Positions 12,157-24,851 of a stretch of DNA of 64,000 nucleotides are shown one piece after another. The translations under genes and the position numbers were made by a program. The stretch spans positions 42,862,708-42,926,707 of the forward strand of contig NC_068991.1 in assembly GCF_001194135.2 (NCBI RefSeq), read 5' to 3'. The stretch's first letter is position 1; the number at the start of each line of letters is the position of its first letter. A model generated the notes under the pieces. It was not told the DNA's origin, made no database searches, and saw only the letters and a list, made by a program, of their open reading frames with translations. This stretch comes from Octopus bimaculoides. Its lineage: Eukaryota.

Positions 12157-12512
12157 ATTAATTAAGCTTTATTTTCTTTCTTTTACTCCAATTTCGATAA
12201 AACACGTTTACTATCACAGTTGGCAAGGCATAACGCAGTAAATTGCTAAACTCTTTTATGATTGGTCATAATTATATGCACAAAAATTAAATTGATTTAT
12301 GCCTAGTTAAAGATAAAAATTGATTTCAAAAAATTCTATTAAATAAAATGATTAATAATTTTCATTCCTTTAATTTTATCTTTTATTTTTCTACTATTTT
12401 TTTCAATGTCGTTGGTGTTGCTGGTGGTAAGCAGTGAGTGAGTCATTTAGGTAATTACATCAAATAGAATATTGCTGTCAACATGGCGCCAGTGCTGCGG
12501 AAAGCTAGATAA
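12157..12512. promoter_or_regulatory. Probable bidirectional promoter (SRP9 on minus, unknown gene on plus)
   Basis: GACCAATCA (NF-Y-like CCAAT) on the minus strand at ~12259-12267, a very AT-rich spacer at 12280-12405, and CAACATGGCG (YY1/initiator-type motif) at 12479-12488 opening a 9-codon ORF MAPVLRKAR*. Confidence 0.55.
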
Positions 12513-12942
12513 AGGACTGCACATCTCGGAGTGTAGTGGTGAAGGAAGGTTTTCTATTAATACATTCGAATGGTGATATTTGCCGAAGGGTATTTAAATA
12601 GTAAATATTTTCGAATTTTGTGGAAAGGAAAAATCCTCATCGATAAAGACAGCAGCATTGAGGAAATATTTTTGCTATATAAAAGATTCCCAAAAGAAAG
12701 AAAGAAAAAAAATTACATATTTAACTGAGAGAGAAAAATCTTGTTTAATACAATATACACGTTTCTATTATATATATATATATATATCTCTGTTTATATA
12801 TATAGATCTATATATATATAGATAGATATATATATATACATATACACACACACTCACACATATACATACACATATTTGTCAGTCAAAATATACGTCTAAT
12901 ATACATGAGATAATTATTTCCTCGCTGTTTATGTTTGTCTAG

Positions 12943-12983
12943 TGGAAAAAATATAGACACTTCACAGATCCCACAAGCATGTG
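12943..12983 (+). other. Candidate early exon of the divergent plus-strand transcript
   Basis: Strong acceptor TTTCCTCGCTGTTTATGTTTGTCTAG| and donor GTG|GTAAGT around a 41-nt segment. Product not identifiable. Confidence 0.33.
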
Positions 12984-13623
12984 GTAAGTTATTTACAATT
13001 TAACTCGCACTATCAAACGTTATAAAATGAAATGGTTGAATATCTATGTTTGTATGTGTTTATATATATATATACATGTTAGATGAGTGAGTGGACTTAA
13101 TCAGATGTATTGTTTTGAACCCTCTCGCCTGAGAAATGACTAATAAGAATGGGGTTTGTTTGTTTTTTTCCAGTCTTTTCTGGACTACTAAGTGTACAAA
13201 GAAAGATTCATAAACCGCATGATTAAACCTTCTAATCATGCCGTCAGTTATTATCTTTACATATGCATGTACATACACCGAAGTATGTGGCTATATTGGT
13301 ATCATATATGTGTGTGTGTGTGTGTATATAAATATATATACACACATCGACGTCCGTACACATATGCTGGCTGTGTTAAAATGTTGCATAACCCTAGTCT
13401 TATATGAATATTGCCTATCTCGAGTGCGTATATATAAATATATATACACATACATCCATCGCTAGTAAACGTCTTGAAACACGAAATGATAAATACCACC
13501 CGCCTTTTTAACTATCATACTTCATGTCTATTTTCTTTACCCTCCCCTATTGAATGAATGACTGTATCAGATATACCTGTGTGTANNNNNNNNNNNNNNN
13601 NNNNNNNNNNNNNNNNNNNNNNN

Positions 13624-13672
<49 letters not shown>

Positions 13673-16600
13673 ATGCACACACCCAGTTTAATATTTCCGC
13701 TCTCCAACCCTTCATCCCTCTTTCTCACCTTTATAATTTCAGAAATCTTATTATATCATTCTACCTCCGGCGCAGTATTTACTTTAGAACTGACGTTAAT
13801 TAACATCATGATCATTTTTTTCTTTCTTAAATATATATATTTTTTCTCTTTGGTAGGCTTTCTATGTTTTACTACTTCTACTGCTAATAAAAAGGGGAAA
13901 TATTGTCATTTAATTGAAGGATTTAGAAACCTTACCTTCCCAAAGACATAATACACATTGGTATAGAAATACGTATATGAATATATAATAACCTAGAGCT
14001 TTTGTCTCTCCCCAATTGAACAGATCTCCTTCCCACCTCCATTTGATATCATTGCAATTTCATTCTGTCAGCCGCCGAGTCCGTGACCCGGTGTTTTGGT
14101 TTTTGGTATTGCTTTCATTTCAGTTGGACAATAATTTCCATTGAGAAAGGCATGACCACCTCAACAACTCTATTTTTATACGTGTGTTTGCGTGTGTGTC
14201 TATATAGTCAAATATATATGTATGTATATATGTGTGTGTGCGTATATGTATTTATGAATCGATTTCTTTTAAGAGTTGGGTTTTTAAGTGATCTTTACCT
14301 TCCTAATCTCCTTTTTGATTTTCTTCAGTATTTTTTTTTCTCCTTTTTCTCTCCCAATATTTCTGCTCACCTTTAGACAATTCAGTGGTATAATCTATAT
14401 TATGATTCTTTAAGGAGTCATTACGAACGTTTAAGGAAGAAGAATTGGTTTTTTTTCCTTGTGAGTGACCCCCTTCTAGATAAACAGATGTATTTCGACA
14501 TACATTCAAATGTGTATATTCAGACGTACTGTGGTGTATAGTTCAGACATTGTTATAAAGCAAGTCAAGCTTAACTCTCTATACACTAGTTTTGTGCAGT
14601 CAGTTTGTCTCTGGATTTTATATAGTTGGTTAGGTTTAGCGCTTCTACATACACTCACTGCTAAATAATCCGCCAGAGCTTTGTATACATTTTGTTTTTC
14701 ATTTTTAGTTAAATAATATTCATTAAATAATTATCCAGATACTTTGTGTGTGTGTATATATATATATAATATGTATTTTGTGTGTGTTTACACACAACAA
14801 CATTGTTCTTGGTATAGACAGTTATCTATCTAGACGTTTTTCTGTGTATAGTTAAATAGATTAGTTTGTATGCACTCAACTGTTCTCGACTAAATTGATC
14901 TTGACATTTATGTATCTACTCATTGCCATGCCTTTATTTTTCTGTACTTTTTCTATATGCGCGACCGATTATGTCTATTAAATATAATATTTACCAATTT
15001 TCCTTTACATGCACACACACACACACACACATATGTGTGTGTGTGTGTGGCATATACATGTGTGTGCGCTTGATTCTTATATTACAACACAGTTATATAT
15101 TTGTGTATACATGCATATGTATAGACGCATACAATGTGTGTGTGTAGTACACTAGTGTATAAATTACTGTATATCAATACACATTGACAACTGTATGTGT
15201 ACACATAGCTATAAAGACAAGTACACATGCTCAGGTGTATACTGACACATTTTATTTCAGTCTTAAAAACAAAATGTGCTAATAGAAAATTTCAGTTGTA
15301 GGAAACCGTATTCCAAGTGTTCTTCCACTGTTATTGGATATTTCTGCTTGTTCACCCAATTTCGTGCTACTCAGAATATTTTTTAGCATTTTCCCACCCC
15401 CAAGTACGCTGTTTCAAGACACCCCCTCTCCTCTTCACCCGAATTTTATGATTTTAATTGTCAAACGATATTATTGAATATTCGATTGTCAGATGCATTT
15501 TGGATTTAAAGTTCACACACACATAACTATGTACACATACATACACGTGTGTGTGTGTGTGTGTGCAAAATGTCTGTGAAAAGCTCCATATGTAATGCAG
15601 TCTTTTATTTCTCCGCCCCCGCTCTGATTACTTCGGCAACCCAACGAATGCAAGACATGATCAGTGTATGAATGTCTACATACATACACTTACATCTGAG
15701 TGTGTTTTTCGTGGTTTCTTGTTAACTTTATGCGTAAACTCAACATGCATTTCCTCTCACGTTTCGGTGAGTTGCAGTGTGTGTAGGGTGGAGGTGATGA
15801 CTTCTCGTTTGTTGTTGCTTTCTCCAGTAGAAACCGATGAAAAATTTATCCTCTACCTACCTACTACTAGTTCAACTTATTAGTGAACATTAAAATATTT
15901 TGTTCTCAAGTACCCGCACCCTTGCAAAACATATCTGTCGTCTTGTGTTGGATTGATTCGCCGAGGAACAAGACGATTGTCGGGAGATAATGACTATTTT
16001 TCACAACTACACAATACCTCTGTTAGTTTATGTACCTACACAATCATTTACATAGAAGCAGATAGCTTGCTGCTATTGATACTCTTCGCCATCCTTCAAC
16101 GTTCTTTTTTTTTTTTTTACTGAAGAATCGTACTTTAAAAAGTCGTTTTTATAAACTACACACATTAAACATGATGTTCGCAGTGATCATACGCAAGCTG
16201 TGTGTATGTTTAATTTATTTTATGTCAATATCACGCGTTACTCTTAATTTCCGTATTTAGACATACGAATCCCACCTCTTCCGAAAAATGTCATCATCAT
16301 CATATCCAACATAACCTTACTGTGCATGGTTCCTTCCCAGCTCTACCCTCCCGCCCATGTTCTCGTTCCTTCCCTTAGCTACTTCTAGTCAGGTCTTGCA
16401 GTTTCACCTGAATTTATAAATTCCTTAGAATTTACAATACTCCCTGTCTCTCTTCACAAAATGTTGCGTGTCGATACCCAAGTACGTGATGCGCAAACCC
16501 GACTGTTTTCTTTAAAGCTATCTACATTTATCTTTTTGTCTTTGTCTATTTAAATTCTTGAAACTTCAATTGAGGAAAAAGTCACTCGATTTCCATTAAT

Positions 16601-18577
16601 TATTTCTCCTTTCATTTTTGCTCCCCCACCCCCTTTTTTTTTTTCATATTTTACAAAAAATTCTCTTGCGTTAAATTTGATAAAAGCTTGAACACCTCAA
16701 CTTCCCAGTTCCCCTTCAAAAAATGTTATGCTTTATGTCAAGGAAAAAATGTTGGAAATCTTGATTAAGCTGCTACTACACTGTAAATTCCTTTCTGTTG
16801 ACGCATTCGTTCCTTGTGAAATTCTTTCAGGAAATATCTCTGCCGATTGCTTTAAAGATGTCTAATTTCCCTTGGATGATGCTATGACAAGTGTGCCACA
16901 TATTGTTAATCGTTATTTCCGCAGGGTGGTGTCGGCAAAATCAGTTACCAGTAATACAATAGAGTTGATGTAGTGACTCAAATTATACTCCTTCCCTTAA
17001 AATAATTAACTTTATTCTCTACTGGAAACAAGCTATATTTTTACTTAACAGATTCTATTCTTCGTCGTAGCCCTTTCATTTAAGACGTTGATATTCCTTC
17101 TAAAGGAAAGGCATGAATGTCATGTATTTTCATTTCTCTCCACAAATTTTGAAGCCTCGTGCTTATATTCGAAAATCATAATCACTATGGCGAGCGCCAT
17201 AGAATGGAAGTAGGATCATGGCTAGTCAAATCTACTATTCTGTTTCGATTCCTGACTAGATTTATTTCTCTTGAGTCACAATGTCTCAATTTTCCGGTGT
17301 TTTTTTTTTTTTCTGTTAATCTCAAACTTCATGGCTATAAGAAACATTTTTGATAGGGCTATCACTTATGATTAAAGATTGCTCAATTTTCTGTGAGATG
17401 AATTCCACTGGGGTCGATAAAGTACCAGTAATGTATTGTGACCGACAGACCGACTTAACCTTGTCTGTGTAATCATATATATCGTTGAAATGGTTGCTAA
17501 TGTAGCAGATGACTAGCGAACGTCTTCTTGGGGGGGAAAGGAGATAGATGGGAGTGTATGTGGATTTGTCTTTTCCTCTTTCTAATCTGTTGTGCTTGGA
17601 GGTTATGTCACTACTGCTGGGCATTGTCTAGAGTTCAGCTTAGATAATAAATGGTCACCAGCCTCTTGCATCGCGACTATTATTGAAACTGTGTGACCAT
17701 GTGGAGAAGAAAGAATGGATGGTATTAAGAGAAGCGGGAGGGTTATACTAAGCTATAAACACAGACAGGAACAAAATCATGCAAAAGACATAAAAGCCAG
17801 CCAGGAATATTTTGTATAATTTTTTGTTACTATTTTAGTTACGTGTGTGTGTGTGTGTGTGTGTAGGATTTTTATATTAAATTTCACGTCTCAGTTTAGT
17901 TTCTATCAGTTCCTCTTTCCTCTACAGTGAAAAAAAGACTAGAAATAGTAGCATATAGTGTGTCATGCATAATGAGTCAGTCAGGTTTTATGTGAAGTTT
18001 GACAAATGATATTAGATTTTTGACTTTTCATTTTATTTATTTTTTAAGTATCATGTACTTAAGATGTCATCTACTGTTGAAATTTCATTATTATTATTAT
18101 TATTATTACTATCATCATTATTACTGTTACTATTGATATAATAATGGGGCTAATGATTTCAGCTAGCACCAGACCTTTTAATTCAGACAAGAGAAATGAA
18201 GTTCATATCTTTGGCAACATAATTGAAGTGAAAATGATTATGTACTGGGAGTCAGAACCAGGTTGTGATTTATTATAGAAGGTAGTTAAAAGCCTGGGAA
18301 AGGCACATAACTGAGCTTCCTCCAGTCTACTTAACTGACAAACAAATATATGCAATTTTGTTATAGGATGGTACTTCTAAAATGTGTCCAAGATTCAAAT
18401 GTCCAAATTGGCATAAAACTCTCATAGATGTGAACATCAGCTGTTACACACTTAACATCAGTCTGAAGTGTGTGTTTTTAAATCCGTTTATATTTTACCA
18501 TTGATTTAGATGTCACGTTTTTGAAGTCTGAAACAAAATTCATGCCTTACTAATAAGTAATATGTGATCAAACTTAT

Positions 18578-18730
18578 CGCAGGCATTGGCTATGTAATTA
18601 AGAGGTTTGGTTGTCAATCCTGTGGATTTGGACTATGTCTCACTGCATGGCACCTTGGGCAAGTGTCTTCTGCTGCATGTCACAGGCCAACTCATGCGTT
18701 GAAACTGATCAATAAAAATTGTATGGAAGC

Positions 18731-18775
<45 letters not shown>

Positions 18776-19000
18776 CATACATATATATATATTTATTTGG
18801 ATATGACTGTGTTTGTCTCCTTACAGCTTGGTAGCCATTGTTGGTTTGTTTATGCCCCAGTAACCTAATGGTTTGGAAAAAATTGACTGATAGAATAAGC
18901 ACCGGATTTAAGATAAATACTTGAATAAATTTTTCAACTAAACCTTTCAAGGCAGGACCCCAGCATGGCTGCAATCCAATGATTGACACAAGTAAAAGAG
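18578..19000 (+). mobile_element. CORE-type tRNA-derived SINE (old copy)
   Basis: GGCACCTTGGGCAAGTGTCTT core, internal (TG)n/(TA)n and a ...ACAAGTAAAAGAG tail. Same family as 37864-38252 and 55966-56364. Confidence 0.78.
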
Positions 19001-20639
19001 AGGAAAATAGTATTAAAAAATTAATCAAAAAGACACTGCAATTTAGTTTCTTCATTGTCTATAACTATATTGTAAAATGGATGTGTGTGTGTGTATGTAC
19101 ACTTTATCAGTAACCCTTTATTTTTAACATGCAGCCATGATTCAAAAGCTGAATATGTTTGTATCTGTGGATTGATCATTTAACCTTACCTGAAGTCGCA
19201 TTCTTTTGGGAATATGTAAATATTTAAGATCCAAGGATATTTTGAGGGCCAGTGCTTAGTTTCATTTTCAAGGCATGAAACGAATAAAAGATTATCCACT
19301 TGGATAATCTGCTAGTTTGTTTATTAATGCAAAATAAAATGTTTTCCTAGAAGCATAACCAGAATCTCCAGTTTGTATTTGGATTTGATCACACAACCCA
19401 CAGGTACTAAAGGCATTTCACTTCTACTGTTCAGAATAGTATGAGGCTTTTCTAGGAAACTTAGATGCAGGAAGTTAACCAGTGTAAGAAAAGATTTTTC
19501 TTTCTCATCTGCTTAATGTTACAGAAAGCCAAAATTAAACACTCTTCCTGTAAATCTTTGTTATTCACGACTAGTTTACTTTTACAATATCACCTGTATA
19601 CAAGTCTGTGTATTCGCACACATACACTGAACAAACATAACTATTTCTTTGTGAATTGTTTGCTATCTGTAGCAGAATATTGCTGTACATACCATATGAC
19701 AAATGTGGTTTAATATATGTATTTGTAATTTCAAGACATGGTAATATACCCATCCCTATATATATATATAGATGATGGGAATGACAAGATACATCTGGGA
19801 AGCTCTTGTGTAACTGAAGAGGCTAATGTGGGGTGTGGTCTTATTGCACTTGTGGATGAAAAATATCTTAAGTGCTAGTTATTTAAAATGAAAGGTTAAT
19901 TTAGTCAAGCTTGTTGCCATGCTACAGGGAATTGTGTCATCTAACAGTAATGGAGAAACTCTGCAAACACAATTACACTGCCAGGCTTTTAATTATACCA
20001 TAACATAGCAAACATTGTAGTGGGGAAAACACTATATAAAGGAAACATAGTAAACTAGGGAAGACTGTGCAAAATATGTCAAGACAGACAAGAATTACAC
20101 CTGAAAAGGAGAGTCAGGCCATATAATATGAATCTCTTCTTTGAGTGGGCATTCTTGATATGTAAACACACACACACAAGTGTATATGTACTCAGCATTA
20201 GGGAGACAACCACATATACATTCATTCATTACATGCGTGTGCATCTATACTATAATAAAGTATCAATTACACACACACACATATTTCACAGCTGTTCTTA
20301 CTTGATTTTGTGGTTTGCATAGTGTTGTTGATATAGTTTTCAGAATAAGTTTTGTGAAGCTTCATATATGATACATGGACTGGAACAGTACATACTTTGA
20401 GCATACTGGAAATAAACTCTCTCAAATATCTGATTGCTTCATTTCAAGTAGTTGATAGCTTTTGTTACTTAGGAGATTGAGAAGATTAATTAGCAGTGGA
20501 GGTGGTTGCTCTGAAAGTATAGCACCCTGGGTAAGAATAGGTTAAAGAAGGTTCAGAAAACTACTGGCAGCAAAGGCTTCTTCCAGATTCAAGGGCTGAT
20601 TGTGTGGTGTTTGTGTTATAACTGCAATGTTGTATGGTA

Positions 20640-21029
20640 GTGAGATGTGAGCCTTGAATGCTGAGTATTTGAGTGGAAAGAAATGAAGTGAGCATGTTAC
20701 CTCAGATGTGCAATATGTGTGCATGAACAACATACAAATGTGCTGAGAGAAAGACTGGATGTAAGAGAAATCAGATGTAGTATGCAAGAAAGATATCAGT
20801 AACGATGTATACATATGATGCGTGAGAATGAGGACAGCTGAATAAAGAAGTGCCATTCACTTAAAATGGATGGAGCTTGCAGCAGAGGGAGGTTCAGGAA
20901 GACTTGAAACAAAGTGGTGAAGGTTGATCCCAGGACCTTGAACTTTACAGAGATAAGAGATTTGAATATTTGGCAATATACAGTTGTCAAGGAGACCCAT
21001 CTAAATTGGCAAAAACTAACTTCTATAAG
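20640..21029 (+). mobile_element. Old RTE family-1 RT C-terminal remnant (left flank of the Tc1 insertion)
   Basis: GAAATGAAG..AGCATG, GAGAATGAGGACAGCTG..AAAGAAGTGCC similar to copies A and D. A pyrimidine-rich UTR-like tract resumes after the Tc1 at ~22284. Confidence 0.65.
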
Positions 21030-21031
21030 TA

Positions 21032-22281
21032 CAGGGGTTGGACAAAATAATGGAAACACCTCGCATCATAGCATCATAATTTTCAAATATCTATAAAACC
21101 GTCAAAAGCTTCTTCATTTTTATGTTTTTTGATTTATTATTAGTGTTTTGCTAAAATTGCTGTTTCTTTTCAGATATCATCAGAAAAGGTAATTAAAATT
21201 CATTAAATGACAGATCTATTGGACTTTCAAAGAGGTCAAATCGTTGGTGCTCTTATGGCAGATGCTAGCGTAATGAAAACAGCCAAAATGTTTAGTGTAT
21301 CAAGAAGTACTGTCTCGAAAGTAATGACAGCATTTGAGAAATCAGAAAAAACCTCCTTGTCAAAACAAAACTCTGGAAGAAAACCAAAACTTTCAGATAG
21401 GGACCGTTGGACGCTTACGTGAATTGTTAGAAAGGATCACAAAAGTACAGCTCCCAAGATTACTGCAGAGCTTAATGACTACCTCGAGAACCCAGTTTCC
21501 ACAAAAACTGTTCACCGGGAGTTGCACAAAGCCGGATTTCACGGGAGGGCTGCAATCAGGAAACCACTACTTTCAAAAACAAACGTTGCAAACCATTTAG
21601 AGTGGAGCAAAAACTTACAGAATTGGTCGCCAGATCAGTGGAAGAATGTCATTTTATCGGACAAGTCATCCTTTACCTTATTTCCGACCACCAGCCCAGT
21701 ATATGTATGGAGACAGCCAAAAGAAACATTTGACCCACACTGCCTTCTTCCAACTGTTAAACATGGAGGAGGATCTGTGATGATCTGAAGGGCTATATCT
21801 TGGAAATCCGCCAGCCCAATGGTTTTCCTTCATGGTAGAATTAATAGTCAAGACTATTTAAGCATTTTATCTGATCAAATTTATCGTATGTTTGTGGAAC
21901 AGTTTCCGGAGGGAAACATAATCTTTCAGGATGATAATGCACCAATTCAGACAGCTAAAGTTGTTACTGAATGGCACAAGGAACACTCTAGTGAAATTGA
22001 ACATCTTATCTGGCCACCACAGTCCCCAGATCTCAATATTATTAAGCATTTATGTAGAAAAACTAGTAAGGAGTCGATATCCTCCACCATCATCACTACA
22101 AGAACTGGAGACTGTTTTAGTGAAGAATGGACAAAAATTCCTTTGGAAACAATTCAAACTTTATACAAGTCCATGCCTCTTAGAATTTAAGCTGTAGTTA
22201 CTGCCAAAAGTAGTCCTACCCCATATTAAAATAAATTTGTTTGAAAATTTAAGGTGTTTCCATTATTTTGCCCAACCCCTG
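21032..22281 (+). mobile_element. Full-length (1250 bp) Tc1-type DNA transposon, DD36(E) spacing
   Basis: 30-bp TIRs CAGGGGTTGG(A/G)CAAAATAATGGAAACACCT with one mismatch, and TA TSD at 21030-21031 and 22282-22283. Confidence 0.95.
21207..22229 (+). pseudogene. Tc1-family transposase pseudogene
   Basis: MTDLLDFQRGQIVG (HTH), GRKPKLS, WKNVILSDKSSF, TVKHGGGSVMI, FQDDNAP, WPPQSPDLNIIKHL. In-frame stops, frameshifts near the C-terminus, and catalytic Glu mutated to Lys. Confidence 0.92.
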
Positions 22282-22536
22282 TATATGCACAACTAGGCCT
22301 CTCACCCAATTTCCCCATGATATCCCCTCTACACATCATGTGCTTGCTTTTCCACTGATCTTTCTCACCAGCCAGAATTATTTCACTTGATGTCCATCCT
22401 CCTTTCTTATACTGTTTTCTCCACCAACATTTTATTTTGATCATCCACCCTACCTCCTGCTAAGCCACCAGATTATCTACTTTTCTACCAGTGTAAGTCT
22501 CTTCTACCCACACTCTGGCAACCTACTCAGACACAC

Positions 22537-22571
<35 letters not shown>

Positions 22572-23194
22572 CTTTCCCTGTGTGTGTATCATCTTCACTA
22601 TTCTGCTGCTCTTCACTCCCATGCATCTTTGGACAACACCTTCACCTTATCTATCATTCATAACTACATCGCAACACCTGTGCTTCTTCATTCATTATAT
22701 TCACACACACCTCTCCAAATCTCCATCTCTCACTCATGCACTCTTGCAACCTCTGCCCACTCATATTCCTGGTTCTTCTGTCCCCACTTTTATTTGTATC
22801 ATAGCATGAGGGCCCAGCAACAATATTCATTACCACTATTTTTTTTCTCTTCACACTTCCATCTCAATCACCACACTCTCTTTTCTAAAAGCTGAGTAAC
22901 AGGATTGCTTCATTACTGCAGAAAACCTCTTCTATTCTAGCCTCCTCCCACTCATACTTAAATCCCTCATATCCTGGCATAAAACCACTTTTTTTTTTTG
23001 GCTTCATAGTCTTCCAAGCTGCATAATAATGTCACTAGTGCTGATAGGAAAAAAACATCCAGTTATGTGGTTGACATTAGGAAGTGCATTCAGTCATAGA
23101 AACCTTGCCAAACTAGACAGTAAGCATGATGCAATCCTTGGACCCATAAGATGCTGTCAAACCATACTGTACATACAAAACAGAACATGGATGA

Positions 23195-23584
23195 TAAGTG
23201 ATGTGTGAGTGTGAATGGTTTTGGGTTTAATTCCACTACATGGCTTCCTGGGCAAGTGTCTTCCACTGTATCCAAAGCCTTGTGAATGGATGTGGTAGAG
23301 GATGACTGAAAGAACCTCATTCTGTGTATATATATATTATGTGTGGGTGTGTGCTATTGGCTCCTTGCCTTGACTTCGCATGATAGTTGTAAAGCAAGTG
23401 CCACTGTCATGCAGTGTCCGTAATCCATCTAGAATCTTCTGTGAAAAGAAAGTCTGGTTACGCACAAAAATGACTTGCAGGCATGTGGGTTGGTGACACG
23501 AAGGGCATCTAGCCATAAAAAATTTACTTCAACAAATTCCATCCAACCCATGTAAATATAGAAAAGTGAACATTAAAATGTTGA

Positions 23585-23590
<6 letters not shown>
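23195..23590 (+). mobile_element. SINE with CORE-type head and RTE family-1-like 3' tail (old)
   Basis: GGCTTCCTGGGCAAGTGTCTTCCACTG head, then GAAGGGCATCTAGCC...TCCAACCCATG...CATTAAAATGTTGATGAT tail abutting (TA)n. Confidence 0.55.
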
Positions 23591-23619
<29 letters not shown>

Positions 23620-23685
23620 TGTGTGTGTGTATACATAGGTATATATATATGTATGAGTACATGTGTATACATATATATATATGTA

Positions 23686-23889
23686 TCATCATCATCATCA
23701 TCATCGTTTAACGTCTGCTTTCCATGCTAGCATGGGTTGGACGATTTGACTGAGGACTGGTGAAACCGGATGGCAACACCAGGCTCCAGTCTGATTTGGC
23801 AGCGTTTCTACAGCTGGATGCCCTTCCTAACGCCAACCACTCAGAGTGTAGTGGGTGCTTCTATGTGTCACCCGCACAAAAACGGCCAC
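23686..23889 (-). mobile_element. Young RTE family-1 3' tail / derived SINE
   Basis: (ATC)n-GTTTAACGTCTGCTTTCCATGCTAGCATGGG..., near-identical in reverse to 46766-47050. Runs into the N gap. Confidence 0.88.
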
Positions 23890-24182
23890 NNNNNNNNNNN
23901 NNNNNNNNNNNNNNNNNNNNNNNNNNNNNNNNNNNNNNNNNNNNNNNNNNNNNNNNNNNNNNNNNNNNNNNNNNNNNNNNNNNNNNNNNNNNNNNNNNNN
24001 NNNNNNNNNNNNNNNNNNNNNNNNNNNNNNNNNNNNNNNNNNNNNNNNNNNNNNNNNNNNNNNNNNNNNNNNNNNNNNNNNNNNNNNNNNNNNNNNNNNN
24101 NNNNNNNNNNNNNNNNNNNNNNNNNNNNNNNNNNNNNNNNNNNNNNNNNNNNNNNNNNNNNNNNNNNNNNNNNNNNNNNNNN

Positions 24183-24727
24183 TATATACATACACACACA
24201 CATTTATACATACAGATGTACTCATACATATATGTACCTATGTATACACACATACACATCTCTGTATGAATATATATGTGTATGTATGTGTGCATACATA
24301 GGTATATATATATGTATGTATGTATGTATGAGTACATGTGTATCTACATATGTATATAAATATGTACGTATATATATATATATATGTATGTATATATGTA
24401 CAGATATGTATGTAGTTAATCCTAAAAAGAAAACTGAAGAAAGACACAACAAGCAAAAACAAAAACGCAAGGACATGATACATGCAAAGTATGAAGACAC
24501 TCAGGGAAGGAAAGAAAAAGTGTTTTACATTTTGAGCAAAGCTTTTCTTCAGAAAGAGGAGACAGAGGAAAGTCCAAAAGAAAAGGAAGATGGAGGGAAA
24601 ATGTGGCCAACAATCCACATGTAGTTACATTTTAGAATGTATATCTGTACGTATGTATATCAGTACATATGTGTATGTATGTATGTACATATGTGTGCAT
24701 ATGTATATTTATGTATGTATATATAAG

Positions 24728-24817
<90 letters not shown>

Positions 24818-24851
24818 TATATAGATATATGTGTGTGTATATATATATATA
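24183..24851. repeat. Compound (TA)n/(TATG)n/(TG)n microsatellite arrays with a short unique spacer (~24420-24640)
   Basis: Direct reading. Confidence 0.9.

Larger units (their letters stand above)
11440..17900. promoter_or_regulatory. CpG-retaining (CpG-island-like, probably unmethylated) domain
   Basis: Manual count of ~34 CpG in 15301-16300 versus ~2 in 48001-49000 and ~2 in 51001-52000. The domain encloses the SRP9 start and the divergent promoter and has few recognisable transposable elements. Confidence 0.7.

Noticed and set aside
12943-12983. KYRH peptide reminiscent of SRP9 exon 2
   Set aside because: Wrong strand and upstream of the SRP9 start; the flanking residues do not match.
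17322-17624. 100-aa minus-strand ORF
   Set aside because: Overlaps a SINE type 1 fragment (GGGGTCGATAAAGTACCAG) and shows no recognisable homology.
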